From a virus, in IMG/VR virus record IMGVR_UViG_3300027749_000102, positions 5,917 to 69,916 of that record: 64,000 bases of DNA. One strand, given 5' to 3'. Positions 20,018-29,747 of the stretch are shown one piece after another (position 1 is the stretch's first letter; every line of letters starts with the position of its first letter). Made by a program: the position numbers and the translations under genes. Below the pieces are notes generated by a model, which had not been told where the DNA came from, made no database searches, and worked only from the letters and a program-made list of their open reading frames with translations.

Positions 20018-20875
20018 TTAGAATGGTAATTCTGTATCGATTTCAGCGTGTTCTTGTGGGTCAACCATCTTAGTAGCGGTTTTCTTACCTCCACCAAAAG
20101 TATCAGAAGAAACGGTTGAGTCTCCATAAGCATATCCACCTTTTTCATTATCCCATTTTGGAGTTTCTCCACGAGCAATCGCTTCAAGATATTCAACAGG
20201 TTTTTTAGAATATACATCTAACCAAGTCAATTCGTCATTAACCCATGCTTTTAATTGAGCATCTTCGGTATGAAGAGGAGTTGGGTCATCATGCATAATT
20301 GTTGATACCGCAGTATACTCTTTACCATTTGGATTTTTTGATTTGTTTAACTCAATGATAAGGTCACGTCCTTTTTCAGGGTCAGTGATATCACCTTTGT
20401 TTCTCCAAATTGGAATGATTTTATCCAAAATACCATCATTCTTATAATTGTGTTTGAATCTCCAAAACTTTGGTCCATCTTGTTCGTTATCTCTATCCAT
20501 AACCTTAACGATATAAAACTTGCGAGATTTATATTGTTTCGCCAATTCTTTATCAGAATCTTTACCCGTAGCCATCAACTCTTCATAAACCTCATTTAAA
20601 GGTGAACGTTCGTTGTCATTTTTTGCTGGGTCATAAAACTTTTGCCATTGTCCACCAACTTGAATTTCGTGGTACCAAGCTTCTTTAAATGGTGAAGAAC
20701 CATCTGTTGTTGGAAGAATTCTAATTCTTCTTTGTCCTGACTTCTCTTTATCACTAAGGATTAATGCGAAATACTTTTTCATTCTTTCGTCTTGTGACAT
20801 TTTGAACTGTGGGCCCGCCCCTTGTTGTTTCGTTTTTTCATACTGCGCCAATACGGCATCTAATACATTACTCAT
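20018..20875 (-). CDS. Single-stranded DNA-binding protein, T4 gp32-like
   Basis: RIRILP, FYIVKVMDRD, DITDPEKGRDL, and an acidic C-terminal tail ending DTELPF. Confidence 0.8.
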   Translation of the reverse strand: MSNVLDAVLAQYEKTKQQGAGPQFKMSQDERMKKYFALILSDKEKSGQRRIRILPTTDGSSPFKEAWYHEIQVGGQWQKFYDPAKNDNERSPLNEVYEELMATGKDSDKELAKQYKSRKFYIVKVMDRDNEQDGPKFWRFKHNYKNDGILDKIIPIWRNKGDITDPEKGRDLIIELNKSKNPNGKEYTAVSTIMHDDPTPLHTEDAQLKAWVNDELTWLDVYSKKPVEYLEAIARGETPKWDNEKGGYAYGDSTVSSDTFGGGKKTATKMVDPQEHAEIDTELPF

Positions 20876-20899
20876 ATTTATATGTTTTTTTGTCTTATA

Positions 20900-20928
20900 A
20901 GTATAATTGATAATAGGCCGTATGTCAA
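20900..20928 (-). promoter_or_regulatory. Sigma70-type promoter TTGACA-N17-TATACT upstream of the SSB/recombinase genes
   Basis: Minus strand reads TTGACA tacggcctattatcaat TATACT, ending about 25 nt before the ATG at 20875. Confidence 0.7.
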
Positions 20929-20957
20929 ATAAAAAAGGTCATCTTCCGATGACCTTT
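20929..20957 (-). terminator. Intrinsic terminator
   Basis: AAAGGTCATC-GGAA-GATGACCTTT 10-bp stem with GNRA loop and T-tract on the minus strand. Confidence 0.8.
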
Positions 20958-20973
20958 ACTATTTTATTTTTTG

Positions 20974-21648
20974 TTACATTAAATCGTCTTCCGTTGGCTG
21001 GAAAGATTTTTTAATATCATTTTGATTAATATCTGAAACTTGATCTGAAGTTAAAACATAATCATGTTTTCCCGTTTTTTCCATCTCATCTTGCTTATCA
21101 GTAAAAAAATCTGATAACTTTTGATTGAACGGATATGAATCATAAGTTCTTAACTCTAATTTTTCTTGTGGAGTTTTCTCTCTGTATTTCTCAATCTTAG
21201 CCTCAAGAGTATTAAGTTTAGACATAATTTGATCCATCTCACCTAATCTTGACTCTAACTTATTTAATTGACCAAATAGATTTTCAAAATATTCATCTTG
21301 TTTTGTTCCAATATTTTTTTGAGAATCAACTAATTCTGTAATATCTAATTCTCCTGAATCATCACCTGACTCATCACCCTCATCTTTTTTTTCTTCAGAC
21401 TCACCATCATCATCAATCTTTTCAACATCAGGGTCATTTGCAACATCAATAGGTTGAGGTGCCGTTGGCGCCGCTGGCGCTCCTGGTGCTGCCGGTGGAG
21501 CTGTTGCCGCATCGGGTGGAGGTGGTGCTATCGCACCTAAACCAGCTGTTGGATCCTCAGGTGGTGGTGGGGCATCTTGCTCCATAATATATTTGTTGAT
21601 ATTTTTATATCTCTGTATTTCGCTAATAATTTTTCTATCTAAGCTCAT
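20974..21648 (-). CDS. Acidic Pro/Ala-rich coiled-coil protein (possible prohead core/internal protein)
   Basis: PPPPEDP/APPAAPGAP low-complexity tract, acidic stretch, heptad region; N-terminal IISE/IMEQ motifs. Confidence 0.55.
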   Translation of the reverse strand: MSLDRKIISEIQRYKNINKYIMEQDAPPPPEDPTAGLGAIAPPPPDAATAPPAAPGAPAAPTAPQPIDVANDPDVEKIDDDGESEEKKDEGDESGDDSGELDITELVDSQKNIGTKQDEYFENLFGQLNKLESRLGEMDQIMSKLNTLEAKIEKYREKTPQEKLELRTYDSYPFNQKLSDFFTDKQDEMEKTGKHDYVLTSDQVSDINQNDIKKSFQPTEDDLM

Positions 21649-21652
21649 ATTT

Positions 21653-21877
21653 TTATCCGTTTAAAAGTTGTTTTATTCCTTTTGATGTTTCAACTCTAAC
21701 TTTTCTGTTAGCTGTTGTTTGATGTCCCGCTCTTTCAATTAGTCCATCTCTTTCTCTTACTGTATAACAATCGCCAGTATCCAAATCACAAACTTGTTTA
21801 CTTCCGTCACCGTTATCTTCCTCAGAATATCTTACAGATTTTCCAAGATAATTGTTTAATGCTGATTTTATGTCCAT
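21653..21877 (-). CDS. Small hypothetical protein (74 aa)
   Basis: ORF with TATTTATA upstream; contains VCDLDTGDC. Confidence 0.65.
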   Translation of the reverse strand: MDIKSALNNYLGKSVRYSEEDNGDGSKQVCDLDTGDCYTVRERDGLIERAGHQTTANRKVRVETSKGIKQLLNG

Positions 21878-21916
21878 AAAAATCTTTTTATATAAATATA
21901 CGAATACATACTTAAA

Positions 21917-24900
21917 TTAACTCTTTAACATTGTGAACTGGTATGTTGAATTTAATTGTTGTTTATTTTGGTTATCAGGTACTGTAATTAAAGATATATT
22001 CCCATCTATCTTCTTTGTTTTTTTCAACTGTTCAGATGTAATACCGCTATTACTGATTATTGTATCAATATCTGAAGAATTAATATAAAAAGACTGAAAG
22101 TCTGCTGAAACATATCCAATACCAACTGAACTAATTTCTTTTATTATTTCATCTTTAGGTGTATTATTACCAGTATTTATAATACCGATAAATTGAAGTT
22201 TAATTATTACTTTTTCATTTATTTTCCAAACGCCAGATTTAGGATTAACCGTTATTGTCATATTTTCAAATGATCCATATCCATTAAGATATGTATTTGT
22301 AACTATTTTATCTAATAATACCTTTGGTCCTATTGGATTTCTTGTAGAACTTTCAACTTTGGAAACTTCTGTTAGTGTTTTTGTACTTACGTTCTTTGTA
22401 TCTATTGGGTTCGCAGAAGCATTTGTATTTGTTGTTGCCGGATTATAAATAAACTTATCAGTACTTGTTGCATCACCATTTTGACTCTTAATCAAAATTA
22501 CATCAGTTCCTGGTACTGGAGTTTGAGGCACTGTTACTGTAAGTTGAGTTCCATCTGCAGATTTAATAATACCACTAATGACTTCTTTTCCACTAATTGT
22601 AATTGAAGTTGTTGATTCAAGGTATTTTCCTTTGATAGTTAAAATAGTATTATATCCTCCAAATGTTGGTGTAAATGAATTAATTATTGGTGTGAAACAA
22701 ATAACGGTTCCTTTTGTTACATATGAGTATGATACAATGTTAGAATCATTATGACCACCTGTTGTACAATTTTGAATTAATTTAAAATACCAAGTTTTTG
22801 TTGCATCTTTAGTATCAATTTGTCTACCTGTACTACATCCACCAGTATCATAAACCCAATTAACTTTGTCTCTAGAATACGCCAAAATTAATGAAAGACA
22901 ATTTGTTGGTGTTGCATAATTGTAAGTAAATAAAGAACCTGAAACTAAAGTAACTCCACTAAGTACTGGTACAGTACATGTTGAAGTTATAGTTGTTGTA
23001 GAAACAGCAGGAACACCATTAAGATAAACTCCATCTAATCCAGGTAATCCTAAAGTACGTGCAGAATCAATTGCCACTTTAAAATTTGCAAGTAGTTTTT
23101 CAAACTCAGTATCTTTATTTTTTTCATAATATTCAGGAGTTAAATTTGTTATTGGCCAATAACACACATAATATTTTGGTAATCCAAGTTCTTGTATTCT
23201 TGATACATTTGATGATAATTTAGATATCATGAAATCAATAAACTTATCAATAGTTGCAAAGTTTGCAATAGGTAATATGTTTGTAGTACTTTTTGCTGTT
23301 GATTCTCCAGCTTGGACATCTAAACATGAATACGTTTTATTAAAATAGATATTATTACTACCATAGTCTAAATCTAAAGTAACCGCTGCAAAATTATTAT
23401 TATATCCCGCAAATAAAGGTTTATTTTTATCCCCTTGAAAACTTCTAACATAACAAATTGTATAAATAATTGTTTGAAGAACTCCATTTGATGTTTTTTT
23501 AATTATTGCGTTCTTAAATAGTTCTGGTGAAAGTGATGTTAAAGTTGTTCCTTTAGAAATCCACCCTTGAGTATCATAAATTGGATTAAGTTTTAACTTA
23601 CAAGCGTTTTCCGCTTGTTTAGTACCTTTTGCATCTTGGACTATTTTTGCAGCTTTTGTTATCTCTGTGGTTGCATTAATTGCCGGTGTTTCATCTTTCT
23701 TATTAAGAACCGCTTGTTCAATTTTAGTTAATAAATTTTTATTAAGACTTTGTAAAAAACTATCAATTTTAGGTAAATCAAATATACCTTGTCTTACACC
23801 TGTAATTGTTGTTTCAAAATTACCTGCACTAATATTATGTGAAATATCGGTAATCATATATGGACCATTAAACATTGGTACATGTTGTAAATTGAAATAC
23901 ATTGTTGGTTGTAGTAAAGCATTTCCAAGACATTGTATAGTACAAGTATAACTTCTATTTTTATATAAATTGTAAAGACTTACATTTTGAGTTGATACAT
24001 TTCTACCATTTGCTTGTTTAATCATATTTAATTGTGCTTCAATTGATTCTGAAGTCGCATTACCAGAATCTTGTGATACACTGAATGAATAGAATACATT
24101 TTGATTTCTAATACCAATATCAACATTAAAACCAACACATCTATTTGATAGTGAATAATCTTTTTTGTTTGCTTGGTCTTCAATTAACGGATTTTCAGAA
24201 GCTCGTCTCATTTCAAAACTATCATCTCTAAATCTGAAATTTCCTTTAGGTAAAGCCAAATACTCCGAAGGTTTCCCCGCATAAAAACAAATCATTTTTG
24301 GTCCTGAATTTCTATAATCAACATTTAAAAATGTTCCCCACATACTATTGGCAAATTCAAGTGAACCTTCTGATTTTTGTGTTGCGATACCTGACACATC
24401 TTGAACATTATAAAAATTAACATAAGCTGGAAGTGACATGACATTAAAGTTATTCTTAATAAGAATTCCACTTATTAAGGTGAATACACTCATTCGTTCA
24501 TTATATGCATTTTCACTAAGAACATTTTGTAAATCAAATATATCTATGATAACTGTATCTCCAATATTTCTTGACGCTCTATCTAAGAACATCATATCCT
24601 CAAATAGTGTTTTGGTTTTATAATCTCCCCCGGCTATCCATTTGTCATTAAGGGCTTTAAAGACTTCATAGTTTTCTACTTTAGATTGTTGTCCATCTAT
24701 TACCGATTGGATTGTTCTTTCAGGTAATTGTGATTGTTTTGGAAGGCTAGCTCTTAAAGCCTCCATAGTTTTATTTAAAATAATGTTTTGTAAGTTTGTA
24801 CCATCTGAAATAAAAGTATTTATCTGTGATTTAAAATTTGTGGTAGTTATGGATGGGTTCAATAATTTTCTTGTTGCATAAATCTTAATTAATTGATTAT

Positions 24901-27900
24901 ATAACGTAATATTTTGAACAGAGAATTCAATATTATTGTCAACAAAGAAATCTGTTATATATGAACCTTGGTCAGTGTATGTTAAATTAAGTATGGTTGA
25001 AAATCCGACTTCTGTTTGTAATGCAACCCATTCTTGTGGGTAGTTTGCCTTACTTTGAGACAAACTTGTTTTACCTTTTAATGTCGGTAAACTTCCTTGT
25101 ACATACGGATTAGATTTAATAGGATCAATTGCTGTTCCTACAAATGAACCGAATATTCTTCTATTATAATTTCCAGGATTACCATTTCTTAAAACAACAT
25201 CATATTCCATAAAGTTTTTTACATTAGAAGAAAAAACTTGTAATTGACTATCAATCGTATCTAAAAAATATTGATTGGTATCTTTACCTGTCATTGCGGG
25301 AACTGTCATTGCAATCCTCATAAAAGATTGAAAATTCTTAAAATTTGCATTAATATCTAAAGGACTCTCTCCTATTCCAACAACATCTTTTGATGCATTT
25401 AATGTATTAATTGGTTTACAAAAGTTTAAAAATTCTTTTTCAAATTGATTCAATACAGATTTATCAAATACTGAAAATATTTCTTCAATTTTAGAATAAG
25501 TATCTCCCGATAAAAAACTAACCGGTGATTGATTTGAAGATAATGGGTTAATATAATTTAAATAAGAATCTGGTTTTGGTTTTACTCTCGTATTCGTATC
25601 AAAATATCCGTAATTAGGTGTTGACCATAGTAATCTAACACTACCATTATACATTGATTGATTATAAGTTAAATCAACTATTGTACCTCCTGTTGTATTA
25701 ATACATTGTGAGTTTGTTTGATTAATAGTATTACCAAATGATGGCATTACATAGTATTCAGTTCCTTTAGTATTATCTGATGGAACACATACCGATTGAT
25801 TATTATTTGATGTATCCATTAAATGGGGTATTACCACACTATAGGGATCAACTGTTATATTTTTATTTTTTTGTTTTGCATTAATTCTTCCTTTTGCCAA
25901 CGAAGTTATCTTCATTCCATTAACAATACTAGCCTGAATTTCATCATTACTATATGTTTGATAAAGATCATATCCATTATAAAATACATTGAAGTCATTT
26001 ATAACTTTTGGATAAAACCCATTTTGTATTGTAACTTTATCGGTTGTTTCACTCTGTAAAATAATATTTGTTGTTCCTATAAAACCATCAATACGAGTAT
26101 CATAACTATATTTGTGATTAATATTATTTGTTATAGGGTCATAATTTGTAACATAATCAAAATCTTTCCAACAATCATCTAATATATCAACATTAGTTTC
26201 AATATATTTTTTATACCTATACCAAATAGATCCCATTTTAAGAACCCACGCATATGGTACTTTATGAATCGCTCCAAACTTTTTAAATACCGATGCAACA
26301 TAATCCAAATCAGTTGTAACACCATTTGAATATGTTTTATACCTCTCTCTTAAAGTATCTAATGGTAATGAGTTAATAAACAAGTATGCTGCTTGTACAT
26401 ACGGATATGGATCTGAAGTTCTTGACGTATAAACACCATTTTGAATTGCATTAATAAAATATGGTGTATTCAACATTGATGTTGTTGTTTGTGTAGGAAA
26501 AAGTGTAACTGGTGATGGAAAATAACAATATCCTTCTGTTGGTACAAATTCTTGTGGTTTTCTTGCAGTATAGAATACATTTAAATCATCATTAGTTACT
26601 GTAGTATATGGATTACTTACTTTTAAGTACGAAAAATTTGTAACAGGTCTATTGGTAAGATAATCTGTAAGTGTATCAAAATTGGCAATTACATTATTTT
26701 GAGAAAATATCTTATATGTTTTACTAGTATTATATACAAGTTCACCTGTATTTTTTAATGAACTATCCATATTTGTTGCACACCATTTCGGATCAGTAAA
26801 CGGATAAGTATCCAATAACATTGGCGTATTATATGGCGTCTTTATTATTTCCTGTAAAGCTTTTGAGTCTTGCGCAGATACCGGAATTTTACCAGTATCA
26901 TTTAATTTTAATATCGAAAAAGGAGAATCTGTTAATGCTTTAATATATGGTGTAACATAAAAATCTCTAATAAAATCTTGATATGATCTGCCAGTTCCTT
27001 GATTTGAAATTGTTTGAAGTGTACTTACATAGTTATTAGAATTCAAATCAAAATTTTTTAATTTAACAGTTAAAAATGGTGAACTAACACCTAAACTATC
27101 TTTAAGATTTTGTGTTTCAACTTTCATAGAATAATCTGAAAAACCTCCAGTTCCATTATTATTACCACCTAATCTAACATATCCTGAATAAAAAGATGTC
27201 AAATATTGTCTTTCCCAAATTTCATAAAAGAATTTAATTTCTTCTTTATTAACATACGCAATACCTACATTTGGATATTCAATAGCATTAACATTTGTTA
27301 TCAATGTTTTTGATTCAGCATCCAATGATGGCTGACTTAAAGATGCCTGAAACTTTACAGTTAACCCTTTCATATATTCCTCAACAAATTCAACCTCAGG
27401 CCATTTATCATATAGATAACCTTTAGTAAGGTTAACAACTGATGGGTCTGCAATATATTTTAATTGAAACCTTCCTTGTTTATCTTCAGGAGTCTCAACA
27501 AAAAACTGTGGCCAAGGATATACAGGTATTTGTGATGTAGATAATCCTTGATTAGATTGTTGAGCTTTCACAGAAATTGGAACTTTATCTCTTGTATCTG
27601 AACCAGGAGCCGATGATGGATTGTCTAATATAGCATTTTTTCTAATAGGATCATATTTAACATTCCAAGCGTTTGTATGAACATCATCAAGAAGTCTTAT
27701 AAACGCCTCTGTTGATGCCATAATAACAGCAATAATATTTCTTACTGTTGGTTTAAAACCTAAACCAGTTGCCCTATCTTCAATTTTTCTAGCCAAATCT
27801 GCAGATAAAATACCTTCAACTTCAGAAAGTTTTGCATTAGTCTGAGTTTCCATATTAGCAACATTTTTATCAAATTTTTTGTCACCTTCAAATATTAAAA

Positions 27901-29434
27901 ATTTGGGAAATACAACTGTTTTTGGTATAGCAACACCAAGAACTGTTATAACTTCAACACTAGGTGCTGATTGTTTCTTTACATTAGTTTTTATAGTTGA
28001 GATTTGTTCAGTTGTTGGTAATACCGTACCTGTTTGATATCTAACAGTCTCTACCCAATTTATATCGGAATCATTAACAAGTTTAAAAAAGTCATCATAT
28101 TTTATTGGATTTTCAATTGGAGATGATCCAGATTTTCCTAAAGTTTTATTTTCTGCTAACTCTAAATTATATTTGGCAACCAAATCTGATAATTTAGATA
28201 GAGCATCTTGTTTTGCCGTTTCATCTAAATTCTCTTTAAACGTATACACTAATTGTCCATCATTAAGTATTATAGGTTTAATATTACAATATGTATTAAA
28301 CCAAGATGTATTAGAACCTCTAACATTTGCAAAATAATCAGCCAATTTTTGTTTATAAGTTCTAATATTTGTTAATGGTTCAACATTAGATTTTTTATAT
28401 GAATTAACAATTGCTTGTTCAAAGTTTTGAAGTTTATTCATTAATTGATGGACAGTTAATTCTGGAAAATCAGGAGCGACTAAACCTTTGGCTTTATATT
28501 CACTATAAATTTCAACTACTTTTTGATACCCTCTTTCAGATATAATTTCGGTTGTAACATTATTTGTACTATTTGTTCCTTGCCCTGTTTTACCTGCTAA
28601 CGCAACTCCTTTTGTGTTACTAGTTGTTTGTGATTCTGTTGGTGATTGTGTTATTTGAAATGTTTGAGCATACATGTGTGGTGCTGCAAGAAGATGTCCA
28701 AAAGAAATTTCATTTAATATATTAAATTTATATCCTTTAAAGTCTAAAGTTACTTGATAATTACCACTAACCGAATTAAATCTAGCGGCAAATTTTTCTA
28801 AATTTAATTGGTACCTAATTGCTTGTCCGTAATAACCTTTTAAGGTTAAATAAAATGGACAATATGGTAAATTAAAAAATGCAGCATACGGAGAATTATT
28901 ACCAAGTTCAAATAATGCTTTACCTTGAATATCTTCAAGTTCAATAGTCACACTTGGGATAAATGAAGTACTAGTTTTAATGCTAATATTTGTTATTCCA
29001 AGTAACCCTGTATCAATAATATTTGTCTCATCTGCAACAGTATTTATCACATAGGGTTTTTCACCAAATCCAGGATTAATCGGTACTTGTTTTGGTTGGT
29101 TAATTCCCTGATATTTGGTGGAATTTTTTCCAGTTAATTCATCATAATAACCAGCGCCCAAATAACTATTTTTTGTTGGTTTTAAAAAATTAATCTTGGC
29201 AACTGATATAGTTCTAATTCTATCTTCAGGACTACCTCCTACAGATAATTTTGTTCTTGGTATTACTTCAGCTTCAAGATTAACATACATTACCAAATTC
29301 TCATGGTCAATAATTCTTTCTCTGATTTTACCAAATGAATCTATTGTCTTATTAGGATCAACCACAATAAGATTGTTATAATCAAAATCAACCAATATAT
29401 TTCCGCTGTTATCAGCTTGTAAGTTACCTGCCAT
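21917..29434 (-). CDS. Very large baseplate hub/tail protein (2505 aa), gp27/gpD-like elements with C-terminal FN3/IPT-like modules
   Basis: LLGITNISI...PSVTIELEDIQG and CLGNALLQPTMYFNL...GPYMITDISHNISAGNFETTITG resemble gpD/gp27 hub strands; PIINSFTPTFGGYNTILTIKG is IPT/TIG-like. Confidence 0.65.
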   Translation of the reverse strand: MAGNLQADNSGNILVDFDYNNLIVVDPNKTIDSFGKIRERIIDHENLVMYVNLEAEVIPRTKLSVGGSPEDRIRTISVAKINFLKPTKNSYLGAGYYDELTGKNSTKYQGINQPKQVPINPGFGEKPYVINTVADETNIIDTGLLGITNISIKTSTSFIPSVTIELEDIQGKALFELGNNSPYAAFFNLPYCPFYLTLKGYYGQAIRYQLNLEKFAARFNSVSGNYQVTLDFKGYKFNILNEISFGHLLAAPHMYAQTFQITQSPTESQTTSNTKGVALAGKTGQGTNSTNNVTTEIISERGYQKVVEIYSEYKAKGLVAPDFPELTVHQLMNKLQNFEQAIVNSYKKSNVEPLTNIRTYKQKLADYFANVRGSNTSWFNTYCNIKPIILNDGQLVYTFKENLDETAKQDALSKLSDLVAKYNLELAENKTLGKSGSSPIENPIKYDDFFKLVNDSDINWVETVRYQTGTVLPTTEQISTIKTNVKKQSAPSVEVITVLGVAIPKTVVFPKFLIFEGDKKFDKNVANMETQTNAKLSEVEGILSADLARKIEDRATGLGFKPTVRNIIAVIMASTEAFIRLLDDVHTNAWNVKYDPIRKNAILDNPSSAPGSDTRDKVPISVKAQQSNQGLSTSQIPVYPWPQFFVETPEDKQGRFQLKYIADPSVVNLTKGYLYDKWPEVEFVEEYMKGLTVKFQASLSQPSLDAESKTLITNVNAIEYPNVGIAYVNKEEIKFFYEIWERQYLTSFYSGYVRLGGNNNGTGGFSDYSMKVETQNLKDSLGVSSPFLTVKLKNFDLNSNNYVSTLQTISNQGTGRSYQDFIRDFYVTPYIKALTDSPFSILKLNDTGKIPVSAQDSKALQEIIKTPYNTPMLLDTYPFTDPKWCATNMDSSLKNTGELVYNTSKTYKIFSQNNVIANFDTLTDYLTNRPVTNFSYLKVSNPYTTVTNDDLNVFYTARKPQEFVPTEGYCYFPSPVTLFPTQTTTSMLNTPYFINAIQNGVYTSRTSDPYPYVQAAYLFINSLPLDTLRERYKTYSNGVTTDLDYVASVFKKFGAIHKVPYAWVLKMGSIWYRYKKYIETNVDILDDCWKDFDYVTNYDPITNNINHKYSYDTRIDGFIGTTNIILQSETTDKVTIQNGFYPKVINDFNVFYNGYDLYQTYSNDEIQASIVNGMKITSLAKGRINAKQKNKNITVDPYSVVIPHLMDTSNNNQSVCVPSDNTKGTEYYVMPSFGNTINQTNSQCINTTGGTIVDLTYNQSMYNGSVRLLWSTPNYGYFDTNTRVKPKPDSYLNYINPLSSNQSPVSFLSGDTYSKIEEIFSVFDKSVLNQFEKEFLNFCKPINTLNASKDVVGIGESPLDINANFKNFQSFMRIAMTVPAMTGKDTNQYFLDTIDSQLQVFSSNVKNFMEYDVVLRNGNPGNYNRRIFGSFVGTAIDPIKSNPYVQGSLPTLKGKTSLSQSKANYPQEWVALQTEVGFSTILNLTYTDQGSYITDFFVDNNIEFSVQNITLYNQLIKIYATRKLLNPSITTTNFKSQINTFISDGTNLQNIILNKTMEALRASLPKQSQLPERTIQSVIDGQQSKVENYEVFKALNDKWIAGGDYKTKTLFEDMMFLDRASRNIGDTVIIDIFDLQNVLSENAYNERMSVFTLISGILIKNNFNVMSLPAYVNFYNVQDVSGIATQKSEGSLEFANSMWGTFLNVDYRNSGPKMICFYAGKPSEYLALPKGNFRFRDDSFEMRRASENPLIEDQANKKDYSLSNRCVGFNVDIGIRNQNVFYSFSVSQDSGNATSESIEAQLNMIKQANGRNVSTQNVSLYNLYKNRSYTCTIQCLGNALLQPTMYFNLQHVPMFNGPYMITDISHNISAGNFETTITGVRQGIFDLPKIDSFLQSLNKNLLTKIEQAVLNKKDETPAINATTEITKAAKIVQDAKGTKQAENACKLKLNPIYDTQGWISKGTTLTSLSPELFKNAIIKKTSNGVLQTIIYTICYVRSFQGDKNKPLFAGYNNNFAAVTLDLDYGSNNIYFNKTYSCLDVQAGESTAKSTTNILPIANFATIDKFIDFMISKLSSNVSRIQELGLPKYYVCYWPITNLTPEYYEKNKDTEFEKLLANFKVAIDSARTLGLPGLDGVYLNGVPAVSTTTITSTCTVPVLSGVTLVSGSLFTYNYATPTNCLSLILAYSRDKVNWVYDTGGCSTGRQIDTKDATKTWYFKLIQNCTTGGHNDSNIVSYSYVTKGTVICFTPIINSFTPTFGGYNTILTIKGKYLESTTSITISGKEVISGIIKSADGTQLTVTVPQTPVPGTDVILIKSQNGDATSTDKFIYNPATTNTNASANPIDTKNVSTKTLTEVSKVESSTRNPIGPKVLLDKIVTNTYLNGYGSFENMTITVNPKSGVWKINEKVIIKLQFIGIINTGNNTPKDEIIKEISSVGIGYVSADFQSFYINSSDIDTIISNSGITSEQLKKTKKIDGNISLITVPDNQNKQQLNSTYQFTMLKS

Positions 29435-29747
29435 AATAATAAAAATGATTTTCTAATGCCGCTTTATAGTCTTGTAATGAAGATATTAATGGGAAAGGTA
29501 TTATTAAAACAGCACCATCATAAATATTATTTTCTAGTCCACCAAATTGTGGATTGGCTTGTAATATTAACCAACTAAAGTAAGGAGAACTATAAAATTC
29601 TTGAGATACTTTATCTAATCTACTTTGAGCAACTTTATAAATATAAGTTTGGTCAGTAGGTTTTGGATATAAATAAACAAAAGGCACAACAGTTTGCTCA
29701 CCATTAATAATAAACTCATCATAACGATTATAATATTGATACGCCAT
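29424..29747 (-). CDS. LysM-like baseplate wedge protein (T4 gp53 / P2 gpX-like)
   Basis: RLDKVSQEFYSSPYFSWLILQANP...GAVLIIP. Confidence 0.8.
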   Translation of the reverse strand: MAYQYYNRYDEFIINGEQTVVPFVYLYPKPTDQTYIYKVAQSRLDKVSQEFYSSPYFSWLILQANPQFGGLENNIYDGAVLIIPFPLISSLQDYKAALENHFYYYGR

